A DNA stretch of 64,000 nucleotides from Candidatus Methanomethylicia archaeon (GTDB taxonomy: Archaea > Thermoproteota > Methanomethylicia > Nezhaarchaeales > B40-G2). Location of the stretch: assembly GCA_029259155.1 (NCBI GenBank), contig JAPDJI010000020.1, forward strand, positions 32,001 to 96,000. Reading direction: 5' to 3'. Made by a program: the position numbers and the translations under genes. Below are positions 50,464 to 60,105 of the stretch, one piece after another. The notes under the pieces were generated by a model. It did not search any database, was not told where the DNA came from, and saw nothing but the letters and a program-made list of their open reading frames with translations. Within the stretch, counting starts at the first letter, position 1, and each line of letters opens with the position of its first letter.

Positions 50464-51474
50464 CTAGCGATATAACACTAACTCCATGTAGAGGCCTAGC
50501 CCTTTCTCCTTCGCCTTTTCATAAGCTAGCTTAGCGGTCACAGCATCCTGTACAGCTAACCCCGTGGAGCAGAATACCGTAATTTCGCTTTCAGACTCTC
50601 TTCCAGGCTTTAGCCCAGCCACGACCTCGCCTATCTCGGCATGAATATCCTTCTCCGAAAGTAAGCCTTTAGACAAGGGCACGTTTACTTCACCGCTATG
50701 TATGGCTTGTTCCATATCATCAACCACTATCTTCGCTCTCTTCAGTATCATAGGATCAAGCTCTTCTTTGCCTGGAGCATCGGCACCTATACAGTTAAAG
50801 TGGGTTCCCGGGCCGACCCACTCGTCCTTCACAATGGGCTGCCTAGAGGGGGTTGCGGTAACCACGATATCTGCCCCTTTTACGGCTTCCTCAGCGCTAT
50901 CAACAGCTTTAAAGTTAGCCACTCCGGAGTATAGCTTTCCCATCTCTTCGACAAAGCTCTGCGCCCTCTCTCTAGATATATCATAAACCCTAACTGCCTC
51001 GAGCTTGCCGTAAATCGTGGTTAAGGCCGCTAGCTGCGTTCTTGCTTGTCGGCCTGCTCCTATCATCCCAATGACCTTGCTATCTTTCCTCGCTAGATAC
51101 TTAGCTGCTACCCCTCCCGCTGCCCCCGTCCTCAAGTCAGTTATATGGCCGCCGTCCATGATGGCTAAGGGGAAGCCTGTCTCAGGGTCGACCAGTATTA
51201 CCGTGGACATGACTGTCCGTAAACCCTTCTCAACGTTCTTAGGATGCGAATTCACCACTTTGACCGTTGAGACCTCTAAATCTTCGATGTAGGAAGGCAT
51301 ACATCTTAAGTCCCCTCCATATTTCGAGTAGAAGAGGTATATTTTAGCGGGCATCTGCACTTTCCCCAATGCCTTAAGCCTGAAGGCCTCCTCAACCCTC
51401 TCGATAACTTCATTTATCATTAACAGGCCCTTCAGCTCCTCCCCTCTTACCAATAGAGTCTTCAAGGCCACCAC
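50464..51474 (-). CDS. ala: Alanine dehydrogenase, ornithine cyclodeaminase/mu-crystallin type
   Basis: VQMPAK, GDLRCMP, KVVNSHP, RTGAAG, GADAPGK, STGLAVQD. Confidence 0.9.
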   Translation of the reverse strand: MVALKTLLVRGEELKGLLMINEVIERVEEAFRLKALGKVQMPAKIYLFYSKYGGDLRCMPSYIEDLEVSTVKVVNSHPKNVEKGLRTVMSTVILVDPETGFPLAIMDGGHITDLRTGAAGGVAAKYLARKDSKVIGMIGAGRQARTQLAALTTIYGKLEAVRVYDISRERAQSFVEEMGKLYSGVANFKAVDSAEEAVKGADIVVTATPSRQPIVKDEWVGPGTHFNCIGADAPGKEELDPMILKRAKIVVDDMEQAIHSGEVNVPLSKGLLSEKDIHAEIGEVVAGLKPGRESESEITVFCSTGLAVQDAVTAKLAYEKAKEKGLGLYMELVLYR

Positions 51475-51685
51475 GCCTCGAGGGTAAAGAGAGTTTCAAT
51501 CGCGATGCCTGTCAACCTTGCTGAAAGCATAATCCAGCGCTTCAATTCCCCTATCCGTTCTCCCCAGTTATTGGTAGTCAATTTTGATAGTAGCCTTCTT
51601 TCTATATATCTTTTAATAACCTCCTAATCGTCTTGGTGTACATGGCGTTTAAGGGTTTTAGGTTCCCCAAAAGAAAAAGTAAGGC

Positions 51686-52435
51686 TTAGCTTAGAGGATG
51701 AAACTTCTCTAGACCTCTTTCTCTCGTCCTAACATAAACCTCCCTGAAACCGCTGTCATATACAATCCTAGCTAGCTTTAACAAGACCTCTCTAGGAGTG
51801 GCAGGGAGTTTACGAAAATCAGGGTTGAGCACCGTCTCGCTAGGCACGAACTGGTTTAGGATGTAATAGTCGCACTCCGCTATGCTCGAAGCAATGGAGG
51901 CTACTTCCTCCTCACCTATCATTCCTGGAACCACCGTGGTCCTAACCTCGAGTTTCACTCCGCTTGCTCGACATAGCTTTATGGTCTCCTCCACCCTCTT
52001 CACCGCCCAGGCTCCGTCAACCCCCGTAAGCCTTGAGTAAGCCTCAGGGTTCAGCGGCGCCTTCACATCCATGGCTACGTGGTCGACTAGGCCTTCCTCT
52101 ATCAACGCCTTTAATACGTCAGGCCTAGACCCGTTGGTGTTAACCCCCACGCTCATGCCCAGCTCCCGCGCCGCCATACATACCTGCCTTAACCCATCGG
52201 GCTGAATAGTACATTCTCCACCAGTCACGTGGAGGCTATCGACAAGCAGCAAAGCCTTCCTCAGCCTCTCGGCTATCAGGCTTATGTCCACCTCCACCCC
52301 AGAATCGATAGGTATGAGCGTGGAGTTTTGACAGAACGGGCACCTAAAGTTGCATCCAGCGAAGAAAACCACGGCACAAGGCTTACCGGGCCAGTCGGAG
52401 GCTGAAAGGTCCAGAATACCCCCTATCCTAACCAA
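51686..52435 (-). CDS. Anaerobic ribonucleotide reductase activating radical SAM protein
   Basis: DWPGK..GCNFRCPFCQN, TGGE, TNGS, AMDVKAP, EVRTTVVP. Confidence 0.85.
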   Translation of the reverse strand: MVRIGGILDLSASDWPGKPCAVVFFAGCNFRCPFCQNSTLIPIDSGVEVDISLIAERLRKALLLVDSLHVTGGECTIQPDGLRQVCMAARELGMSVGVNTNGSRPDVLKALIEEGLVDHVAMDVKAPLNPEAYSRLTGVDGAWAVKRVEETIKLCRASGVKLEVRTTVVPGMIGEEEVASIASSIAECDYYILNQFVPSETVLNPDFRKLPATPREVLLKLARIVYDSGFREVYVRTRERGLEKFHPLS

Positions 52436-52525
52436 GCTAAGCCACAGCCCCGCCCTTAAGGCGTAATAGGTTCTTTTAAGTTTTAATTGGAAGGGGAGTA
52501 GACAATTGTTAGGGGTTGGCTGTCC

Positions 52526-53404
52526 ATGATCAAGGTCGTGCCTGGCCCTGCCTCAAGGAGGTTAGGCGCAAGCTTAGCAGAAGAGCTGAAAACCAGCGTC
52601 TTAGAAGTGGAGAGCAAGGTGTTTCCCGACGGCGAGTCTTATGTAAGGTTGAAAGGTGAAGTTGCTGGAGAAGAGGTAGTAGTGGTGCAGTCTTGTTATC
52701 CTCCTCAGGATAAACACCTCATCGAGTTGTTGCTACTGGTTAAGACTATCAAGGAGCTTGGAGCACGCAAGGTAATCGCTGCCGTGCCTTACTTAGCGTA
52801 CTCGAGGCAGGATAAAAGGTTCCTCGAAGGAGAAGCAGTTAGCGGGAGAGTGGTGTTAGAGCTTATAGGGCTAGCTGGCGCCGATGCCTTATTGACGGTT
52901 GACGTGCACAGCGAAGCCTTGTTAGAAAAGCTAAGCTTTAAAGCAGTCAACGTCTCAGCCATGCCGCTCATAGCTCGGTACTTGTCCCAGTTAAGGCTCC
53001 TGAACCCCTTCATCCTCTCCCCGGACAAGAAGAGAGCAAGGGAAGCAGGCTTAGTGGCTTCCCTGCTTAATACTGATCATGGTTATCTAGAGAAGGTGAG
53101 GGATCTTTCAACGGGAGAGGTTAAGACAATGGTTAAAGGCTTGCCTGTGGAGGGGAGAGACGTGGTGATAGTGGATGATATAATAAGCACCGGAGGCACC
53201 ATCGCCAACGCAGCGTCCATAGTTAAGAGTCAAGGAGCTAGGAGAGTGCTGGCAGCATGTACTCATCCTATTTTAGCTAAGGGGGCAGAGGAACGTATGC
53301 GTAAAGCTGGAGTAGAGGAGATCATAGGGACTGACGCCGTGGAAAGCCATGTTAGCCGCGTATCGGTAGCTCCTGCCCTAGCTGAGGCTTTAAGAAAGCT
53401 CTAG
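52526..53404 (+). CDS. prs: Ribose-phosphate pyrophosphokinase
   Basis: FPDGE, PYLAYSRQD, VDDIISTGGT. Confidence 0.96.
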   Translation: MIKVVPGPASRRLGASLAEELKTSVLEVESKVFPDGESYVRLKGEVAGEEVVVVQSCYPPQDKHLIELLLLVKTIKELGARKVIAAVPYLAYSRQDKRFLEGEAVSGRVVLELIGLAGADALLTVDVHSEALLEKLSFKAVNVSAMPLIARYLSQLRLLNPFILSPDKKRAREAGLVASLLNTDHGYLEKVRDLSTGEVKTMVKGLPVEGRDVVIVDDIISTGGTIANAASIVKSQGARRVLAACTHPILAKGAEERMRKAGVEEIIGTDAVESHVSRVSVAPALAEALRKL

Positions 53405-53407
53405 GGA

Positions 53408-53998
53408 TCAGCCAAGTTGCTTAACGTATAGGTCCGAGTATATGGATCCCTTAGGCGTTAAGATGCTTCGTTTCAGCTTAACCGACTCTACGTGTTGAAG
53501 CCCGAAGTCCGCGTCAGCCATCTCAGCTAAAAGCTTAGTTAGAGAGTTTAAGGCTCGAGGGCTTTTAACCCTAGCCAACGTAATATGAGGGGTAAAAGCT
53601 TCCCGCTCAGGCCTAAAGCCTAAAGGCCTAAGGGAAAACTCTACCTGCCTGTATAGGTCTATTAACTGTTGAGAGCCGTCAGCCACCCCTACCCACACAA
53701 CTCTAGGCCTCCCCGGAGAAGGGAAAGCTCCGAGGCCTTTAAGCCTCATATCGAAAGGCTTTCCGCTTAGCTTACCTAGCGCCTTCGCAACCTCGTCTAC
53801 AAGGCTTTGAGGTATCTCGCCTAGGAAACGTAGCGTTACATGGATATTCTCCTTCTCCACCAACTTCACGTTGCAGCCCAGCTTATTTATAGCATCCTGT
53901 ACATCACATAGCTTGCTGAGAAGGCTGGGGTCATCAACGTCCACTGCTATGAAACATCTGATCCTCTCCACTAGACCACCATGAATAAAGAGAGGCAA
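53408..53998 (-). CDS. thpR: RNA 2',3'-cyclic phosphodiesterase (2H family)
   Basis: HVTL and HITL motifs, RVVWVG. Confidence 0.93.
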   Translation of the reverse strand: MPLFIHGGLVERIRCFIAVDVDDPSLLSKLCDVQDAINKLGCNVKLVEKENIHVTLRFLGEIPQSLVDEVAKALGKLSGKPFDMRLKGLGAFPSPGRPRVVWVGVADGSQQLIDLYRQVEFSLRPLGFRPEREAFTPHITLARVKSPRALNSLTKLLAEMADADFGLQHVESVKLKRSILTPKGSIYSDLYVKQLG

Positions 53999-54117
53999 AA
54001 CTAGGCTTAAGCCTTAGCCCTCAGGCTAGCTTTAGTTAAAGGACCAGGGTGCCGAGAGGCAACCTATTTACTGTTCTTTGACAGCAATATCCGGTAAGCA
54101 GGCGGGAAGGGCCAGGT

Positions 54118-55545
54118 ATGGAGGAGCTTAAGCGTAGGCTCATTGCTAAGCTTAGGCCGAGCATCGAAGAGAGGCAGAGGATCGAGCAGATCATAAAACA
54201 GGTTAAGGAGAAGGTGGAGGCAGAAGCTAGTAGGCTGAGCGTAGACGTGGAGGTTAAGGTGGAGGGCTCCATAGCTAAGGATACTTGGATCAGCGGAGAC
54301 CGGGACATAGATGTGTTCATTAGGCTACCACCAAGCTTAGGCAAGAAAGGGTTGGAGGAGCTCGGGCTAAAGATAGCGAGGGCAGCTGCTGGTCAAAGCT
54401 ACTTAGAAAACTATGCTGAGCATCCATACATTCAAGCCTTCATTGAAGGCTACAGAATAGACCTCGTACCCTGCTTTAAGCTGGAGAAACTTGAAGGAGA
54501 AGTCACCGCCGTGGATAGGACCCCTTTCCACACCGCATTTATCAAGGCTAAGCTAAGCGAGGAAGCTAGAGATGAGGTTAGGCTTCTAAAGGGTTTCATG
54601 AAGGGCGTAGGGGTTTACGGAGCCGAAATCAAGGTTCAAGGTTTCTCAGGCTACCTATGCGAACTACTAGTGCTTCACTATGGAGGCTTCCGACAAGTAC
54701 TCGAAGCCGCGACATCCTGGAGACCTAGAGAAGTAGTGATAGATATAGCTGGGCATTACAGCAAGGTTGAAGATGCCCTAAACGTCTTCGATCAACCTCT
54801 AATAGTGGTGGACCCTGTTGATGCTAAGCGTAACGTGGCAGCAGCGCTCTCACTTCAGCGAATGGCGGAGTTTGTCGTCGCCTCGAGGCTTTTCCTGAAA
54901 ACGCCGAGTGAACATTTCTTCTTCCCACCGCCCCCTCGGGAGATTAGCCATGAAGAGCTAGGGGAGCATTTGAAGGTTAGGGGCGTACACATAGTAGCCT
55001 TGGAGGTTAAGGTTTCAAGAGAGCCTCCTGATATACTCTGGGGTCAGCTTTACAAGTCGCTTGAAGGGTTTGAGGAGTTGTTGATGGGGGCAGGCTTTGA
55101 AGTGTTAGATAGGGGGGTATGGAGTGATGAGGAGAAAGTGGCGGTCTTTACCTTCGAGCTCCCACACGTGCGCATTCCAAGGGTTAAGAAACAGCTAGGA
55201 CCCCCTGTATCCTCCGCCCCGCATGAAGAGCGTTTCTTACAGAAGCATGTGGGTAAGGACTTGAAGGGCCCTCGCCTTGAAGATTGGAGGTGGATAGCAT
55301 ATTCTTCGAGAAAGTATGTCGATGCTGCTGAGCTGCTCAGGGAGCAGGGTCATAGAGCTAGGCTGGGTAAAGTCATCCAGGAGGGGTTGCGTAGGGAGGC
55401 TAGAACCTACATGGACCTTGAGTTAGCTGTGCTACTCGATAGGCTTGAGGGGTATCGACTCCACCTCTCAGAACTACTCGACGGCAGGCCGAGGTGGCTG
55501 AGGGCTTACATGGAGGCCGCTAAGCTTGAAGATAAACGTAGCTAA
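54118..55545 (+). CDS. cca: CCA-adding enzyme (class I)
   Basis: GSIAKDTW..DIDVF, YAEHPY, DRTPFH, GFSGYLCELL. Confidence 0.97.
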   Translation: MEELKRRLIAKLRPSIEERQRIEQIIKQVKEKVEAEASRLSVDVEVKVEGSIAKDTWISGDRDIDVFIRLPPSLGKKGLEELGLKIARAAAGQSYLENYAEHPYIQAFIEGYRIDLVPCFKLEKLEGEVTAVDRTPFHTAFIKAKLSEEARDEVRLLKGFMKGVGVYGAEIKVQGFSGYLCELLVLHYGGFRQVLEAATSWRPREVVIDIAGHYSKVEDALNVFDQPLIVVDPVDAKRNVAAALSLQRMAEFVVASRLFLKTPSEHFFFPPPPREISHEELGEHLKVRGVHIVALEVKVSREPPDILWGQLYKSLEGFEELLMGAGFEVLDRGVWSDEEKVAVFTFELPHVRIPRVKKQLGPPVSSAPHEERFLQKHVGKDLKGPRLEDWRWIAYSSRKYVDAAELLREQGHRARLGKVIQEGLRREARTYMDLELAVLLDRLEGYRLHLSELLDGRPRWLRAYMEAAKLEDKRS

Positions 55546-56266
55546 ATGGGCGAAAGCCCTATGCTACCCTCGCTGTAGCGAAGAAGAGCTGAAAGCCAGG
55601 TTAAGGGAGCTTGAAGAGCTCGGCGTCGAGGAGCTCTTGGAGGAAGGTAGATCTTCCATAGACGGCCTTAAAGTGCTAGGGAAAGGCTGCGTAGGCGTAG
55701 TAGTCGTGGCGGTGGCTAGAGGAGCTAAGTTGGCCCTCAAGGCCAGGAGGACAGACGCTGATAGGGAAAGCTTGTTGAGGGAGGCAGAAATGTTGAAGGT
55801 AGCTAACAGCTTAGGGATAGGCCCTAGATTGATAGGAGCTACGAGGAACTTTCTAGCCACCGAGCTCATTGAAGGAGAGGTCATAGAGGAATGGTTTCAA
55901 TGTAATCCAGACGCCAGTGAGCTTATAAGAGTCATGAGGGAGCTGCTTTGGCAGTGTTTTAAGCTCGATCAAGCTGGGCTTGACCATGGAGAGCTCTCGA
56001 GGGCAGGAAGACATATACTAGTGTCGAAGAGCGGCGCCCCTGTCATCGTGGATTTTGAGAGCGCTAGCCTACATAGGAAGCCTAGGAACGTTACCTCACT
56101 ATGCCAATACTTTCTCATTAGAGGACGGGCTGCAGAGAGGGTAGTCGAGGCTTTAGGCTTAAGCGATGAGGATAAGCGAAGAGTGTTAAGGCTGCTTCGT
56201 GACTATAAGAGGGGAGCGAGCGAAGCTTCATTGAAAGCGCTGCTTAGAGGTCTCAAGCTAACCTAA
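55526..56266 (+). CDS. Ser/Thr protein kinase (archaeal, cca-linked)
   Basis: LGKG..GVV, ALK, HGELS, IVDFESAS. Confidence 0.88.
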   Translation: MKINVAKWAKALCYPRCSEEELKARLRELEELGVEELLEEGRSSIDGLKVLGKGCVGVVVVAVARGAKLALKARRTDADRESLLREAEMLKVANSLGIGPRLIGATRNFLATELIEGEVIEEWFQCNPDASELIRVMRELLWQCFKLDQAGLDHGELSRAGRHILVSKSGAPVIVDFESASLHRKPRNVTSLCQYFLIRGRAAERVVEALGLSDEDKRRVLRLLRDYKRGASEASLKALLRGLKLT

Positions 56267-56326
56267 TGGGCTCGTTGGTACTTTCCGCTCATCACTCTTC
56301 AGCAAGGCGCTTCAACTCATCGCCCA
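56267..56326 (-). ncRNA. Candidate C/D box sRNA
   Basis: TGGGC/GCCCA terminal stem; C-like GCGATGA, D' CTGA, C' GTGATGA, degenerate D (ACGA); TATA-like TTTTAAG ~25 nt upstream. Confidence 0.55.
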
Positions 56327-56355
56327 GCTAAAGCTATCCAAACACCCTTAAAACC

Positions 56356-56649
56356 TTACAGCTTCCTCCTAGCCACAAACTTCTTCGCCCGCCCCTCCCT
56401 CAACGTGTACCTATAGCCACCTATCACTGCTGAGCCACCTATGTTTCGGAGAGCTTCAATTAGCTTAATGGGAGCTTCGTCAGCGAATATCCATTCACCC
56501 TCACCGCTAGGGTATTCACGCCAATTAAGCGTATCAAGCTCTTGAGGGCTTGGAGGCGCGGCTCGTCCCTTAAGGAGGGCCAAGATTTCATCTAGCTTAC
56601 GCTCGATCCTACTCAAACGTTCCTCCAAGCTCATTCGAGGTCCACTCAT
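56356..56649 (-). CDS. Hypothetical protein (N-terminal coiled coil + small globular domain)
   Basis: 97-aa ORF with upstream TTTATA; no family recognised. Confidence 0.7.
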   Translation of the reverse strand: MSGPRMSLEERLSRIERKLDEILALLKGRAAPPSPQELDTLNWREYPSGEGEWIFADEAPIKLIEALRNIGGSAVIGGYRYTLREGRAKKFVARRKL

Positions 56650-56757
56650 AGGGTTAAGGTGTCAACCAGCTATAAAGCCTAGGTCAGCGCTAACATAAAT
56701 TGAGTTAAGGAAGCCCTTAGAAGAAGCGTTTTTAACTCCCACTCCACACCAAGTTGA

Positions 56758-56898
56758 GGGGCCGTCGTCTAGCTTGGATTAAGATGCCAGCCTGGGGGGT
56801 ATCCCCCACCAAGCTAGGGGCACCCGGAGCGCTGGTGATCCCGGGTTCAAATCCAACGCGGGCGCATCCCCGCGTCGGTGAAAATCCCGGCGGCCCCA
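56758..56898 (+). tRNA. tRNA-Pro(GGG) with two introns (37/38: 56798-56829; 59/60: 56852-56884)
   Basis: GGGGCCG acceptor; BHBs CTGG/CCGG and TTCA/TGAA with 3-nt bulges; spliced loop CT-GGG-GC. Confidence 0.9.
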
Positions 56899-56985
56899 CT
56901 TTACTTCCATCACTAGGTTTAAGCAAGGTTACAATAAGGTGAGCGGTTAGCTTCCCTATGCAGGGAAACTAGGCAGAGAATCCTC

Positions 56986-57771
56986 TTATATTAAAGAAGA
57001 GCTAGGGGTGGGCTCCTCTGGAATGATGACCACTCTCTCTGAAAAGTTCAAGACTTTAACCTTCACTCCGTAAACAGACTCTATGTTGCATGGCGTTAGT
57101 ACCTCAGGCCCGCCTGCAGCGAAAACTTTCCCTTTGATGAGCATTACCACCTTGTCGCTGTACATCGCCGCGATGTTCAAGTCATGTATAGCCATAACCA
57201 CTGATATATCCCTTTCCTTCGCCAGCCTCCTCACCATGTCCATGACCTCGAGCTGATGTCTAATATCAAGGTTACTCGTAGGCTCATCAAGCAGAAGCAC
57301 CTCCGGCTCCACGGCCAGGGCTCTCGCTATAAGCACCTTCTGCCACTCTCCTCCGCTGAGCTCCCTGATGTCTCTCGTAGCCAGCTCTTTAAGCCCTAGA
57401 GCCTCTATTTTATCGGAGACGATCTTTAAGTCCCTGGAGCTAGGGCTCCAGTCCACGTAGGGTCTCCTACCCATCAACACCATCTCAAAGACCGACATGG
57501 GGAAGTGGGCTCTCTCAGATTGAGGTACAAGGCCTATCTTCCTCGCCACCTCCCCTCTGCTTAACGCATTAATGTCCTTTCCATCCACTAGGATTGTTCC
57601 AAGCCTCGGTCTCAGCATCCTGTCTATACACCTAAGTAGCGTGCTCTTACCAGACCCATTCGGACCAATAATACTTAGTATCTCCCCACCCTTCACGGTG
57701 AGGCTTACATCCTCTAATACAGGGGTACTGTCGTAACTGAATGAAACCCCTTTAACCTCCAGCCTGACCAT
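56986..57771 (-). CDS. ABC transporter ATP-binding protein (FecE/BtuD family)
   Basis: GPNGSGKS, LSGGE, LLDEPT, HDLN. Confidence 0.95.
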   Translation of the reverse strand: MVRLEVKGVSFSYDSTPVLEDVSLTVKGGEILSIIGPNGSGKSTLLRCIDRMLRPRLGTILVDGKDINALSRGEVARKIGLVPQSERAHFPMSVFEMVLMGRRPYVDWSPSSRDLKIVSDKIEALGLKELATRDIRELSGGEWQKVLIARALAVEPEVLLLDEPTSNLDIRHQLEVMDMVRRLAKERDISVVMAIHDLNIAAMYSDKVVMLIKGKVFAAGGPEVLTPCNIESVYGVKVKVLNFSERVVIIPEEPTPSSSLI

Positions 57772-57777
57772 CTCGTT

Positions 57778-58869
57778 TCACCAAAAGTCCTTCTTCCTCC
57801 TAATTAACAGGTAGAAGAAGAGAGGAGTACCCATGAAAGAGGTGACTATACCTACGGGAAGTACCATGGGTGATATTATCGTCCTCGCAACGGTGTCCGC
57901 GGCTAGGAGTAGGACCGCCCCCATGAGGCATGAAGCCGGGATAAGGAACCTGTGGTCTCCACCAATAACCATCCTGGTCATGTGTGGAGCCACCAGCCCG
58001 ATGAAGCCTATGGTCCCAAGGAAGCACACAGGGATAGCTGTCAGCAACGATGATAACACGATACCCGCAAGCCTCACCAGCTCAACATCCACTCCAAGGC
58101 TCCTAGCTCCCTCGTCACTAATAAGGAGAGCGTTGAGATCCCAGGAGAACTTGAGGATCAACACCGCGGTTATTGAAACAGCCGTAACCGACACTACGCT
58201 TAGCCTCCACCACGTAGCTTTAGAGAGGCTTCCGAAGAGCCAAAACACCACGGCGGTTACAGCTTCAGGAGTCGCAAAGTATTGAAGGAGCGCGGTCCCT
58301 GCAGAGAACAGATACATCATTGCTATCCCTGATAGGATCATGGTTTCTGGACGGGCGCCCCTAAACTTCGCTAAGCCCATGACCACGAGCGACGGGATCA
58401 AGGCAAAGATGAAGGCGTTGACTGCTACTAGCCATTCGTTGGTGTACGTGACCCCTCTATACGTGATGATGCCTGCTCCAAGAATAATAGCTAACGCAGC
58501 TCCGAAGCCAGCACCAGAAGCCACCCCAAGCGTGTAGGGGCTTGCGAGAGGATTCCTTAACACGCTCTGCATCACGACCCCAGCTACGGCAAAGGCTGCT
58601 CCAGCAACGACAGCCATGAAAATCCTTGGAAGCCTTAGCTCCCATACAATGAGCTGGACGAGGCTTGGACACGAAAACGATGGAATAAGCCTAGAGAGAA
58701 GCGCGTGGAGGACGTCGTTTACGCCTATAGAGGCTGTGCCGAGAGAGGCTGAGAGAGGTATTAAGATAAGTAGGAGGACGATGAGGAGGACGATGAAGCA
58801 TGTCCTCCTCCACGTAAGCCTCAAATACTTCTCTGTTGCGTCCGTGCTTTTCACAGCCACCGTCCACAC
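57778..58869 (-). CDS. ABC transporter permease (FecCD/BtuC family)
   Basis: LRLPR, RNPLASPYTLG, GTIGFIGLVAPH. Confidence 0.95.
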   Translation of the reverse strand: MWTVAVKSTDATEKYLRLTWRRTCFIVLLIVLLLILIPLSASLGTASIGVNDVLHALLSRLIPSFSCPSLVQLIVWELRLPRIFMAVVAGAAFAVAGVVMQSVLRNPLASPYTLGVASGAGFGAALAIILGAGIITYRGVTYTNEWLVAVNAFIFALIPSLVVMGLAKFRGARPETMILSGIAMMYLFSAGTALLQYFATPEAVTAVVFWLFGSLSKATWWRLSVVSVTAVSITAVLILKFSWDLNALLISDEGARSLGVDVELVRLAGIVLSSLLTAIPVCFLGTIGFIGLVAPHMTRMVIGGDHRFLIPASCLMGAVLLLAADTVARTIISPMVLPVGIVTSFMGTPLFFYLLIRRKKDFW

Positions 58870-58906
58870 CTAGTCATGGTCGAAGTGAGGGCTCAATGAC
58901 GCGTTG

Positions 58907-60058
58907 CTAAGCGCTGACGCCTCTGAACGTACCCTGCTTAAAGGAGGTAGTCTCCGTGAACGGAGGATAGGCGTAAACGCCGCGATACTCTACTCCAAGC
59001 CATAGCTCAAAGTAATCCCTGAGGACCACCTCTGGGTCTACGTCTTGGAACCTTTCAGGGTAGAACCACTTGGCTAAGTACAACTCACCTATAAAGGTCC
59101 TCATCCCTCCTAGCAGCTTACTATTCACGATGTAGACTCTACCATTCTTCACGGCGTTCGTCTCCATCAGCTCGAGCCTATTGCACGTGTCCTCCCAGAG
59201 CTGCTCCATACCTGCATAGTCCTCGACGCTATACCCAGAGACCCTTCCATAGTCCGCGATCACTATCACGTCAGGGTTCTGTTCAAGAACCCACTCAGCT
59301 GAGACCTCAGGGTAAGAGACGTTGAAGCCCTCAGCTATATTGATGCCTCCAGCTGCGACTATAGCTTGATGTGTAGCTGAGCCTTGAGAAAACGTCTTCC
59401 ACTGCCTGCTGCCAAACTCCACGTAGACTTTAACCTTCTCCTCGGGCTGCAAGTCCATTAACCTATCTTCAACCATATCCATCATGCTCCGCTTCCATGA
59501 AATGAAGCTGCTAGCTACGTCCTCCCTCTCGAGGATCATAGCCAGTTTAGTGAGGTCGGAGTCGAAGGTTTCAGGCTTGTAGAAGTCTAGCCTCACCACA
59601 GTGATGTTGAAGGGGGTAAGCATCTCCTCAAGCTCGCTACCAGGCCACCTAGCATAGGAGATCACGATCTGTGGCTTTAGCTCAGCGATCGCCTCATAGT
59701 TAGGGTCTCTCCACGACCCTACGGTGGTTAAGTTCTCCATGTGAAGGTAATCCTTCGACGCTACGGTGTCCGAAACGCCCACTATTCTATCTCGAGAGCC
59801 TAAGATACACATAGCCTCAGCAGCATCAGTGTTGAGGACCACTACTCTCTCCACTGGCAGCGTCACTGTAACGTTTCTTCCCGCGGAGTCCGTGATCGTA
59901 ACTGTCTTAACACCTTCTATCCCCTCCTCCGAAGGGCCGCCCATGAACGTAGGCGCAGCTAAGATTAAAGCCGCAGCCACCAAGACAACTATGACGAAGG
60001 CCACCAGCGAGACTTGAAGGGTTGTTAAAGCCTTCCTACTACGCGCGCGCAAGGCCAT
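58907..60058 (-). CDS. ABC transporter substrate-binding protein (FecB/BtuF family)
   Basis: N-terminal TM anchor, ITDSAGRNVT, EWVLEQNPDVI, AVKNGRVY, AKWFYPE. Confidence 0.93.
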   Translation of the reverse strand: MALRARSRKALTTLQVSLVAFVIVVLVAAALILAAPTFMGGPSEEGIEGVKTVTITDSAGRNVTVTLPVERVVVLNTDAAEAMCILGSRDRIVGVSDTVASKDYLHMENLTTVGSWRDPNYEAIAELKPQIVISYARWPGSELEEMLTPFNITVVRLDFYKPETFDSDLTKLAMILEREDVASSFISWKRSMMDMVEDRLMDLQPEEKVKVYVEFGSRQWKTFSQGSATHQAIVAAGGINIAEGFNVSYPEVSAEWVLEQNPDVIVIADYGRVSGYSVEDYAGMEQLWEDTCNRLELMETNAVKNGRVYIVNSKLLGGMRTFIGELYLAKWFYPERFQDVDPEVVLRDYFELWLGVEYRGVYAYPPFTETTSFKQGTFRGVSA

Positions 60059-60105
60059 CCACCGACACTCCTACCTCACGCTTTGCGCAGTGTAGTGCCG
60101 GAGGT

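Noticed and set aside
51480-51575. Glycine riboswitch (GGAGA, GAAG, AAACTCTC words)
   Set aside because: Required pairings and the CUCAGG element are absent.
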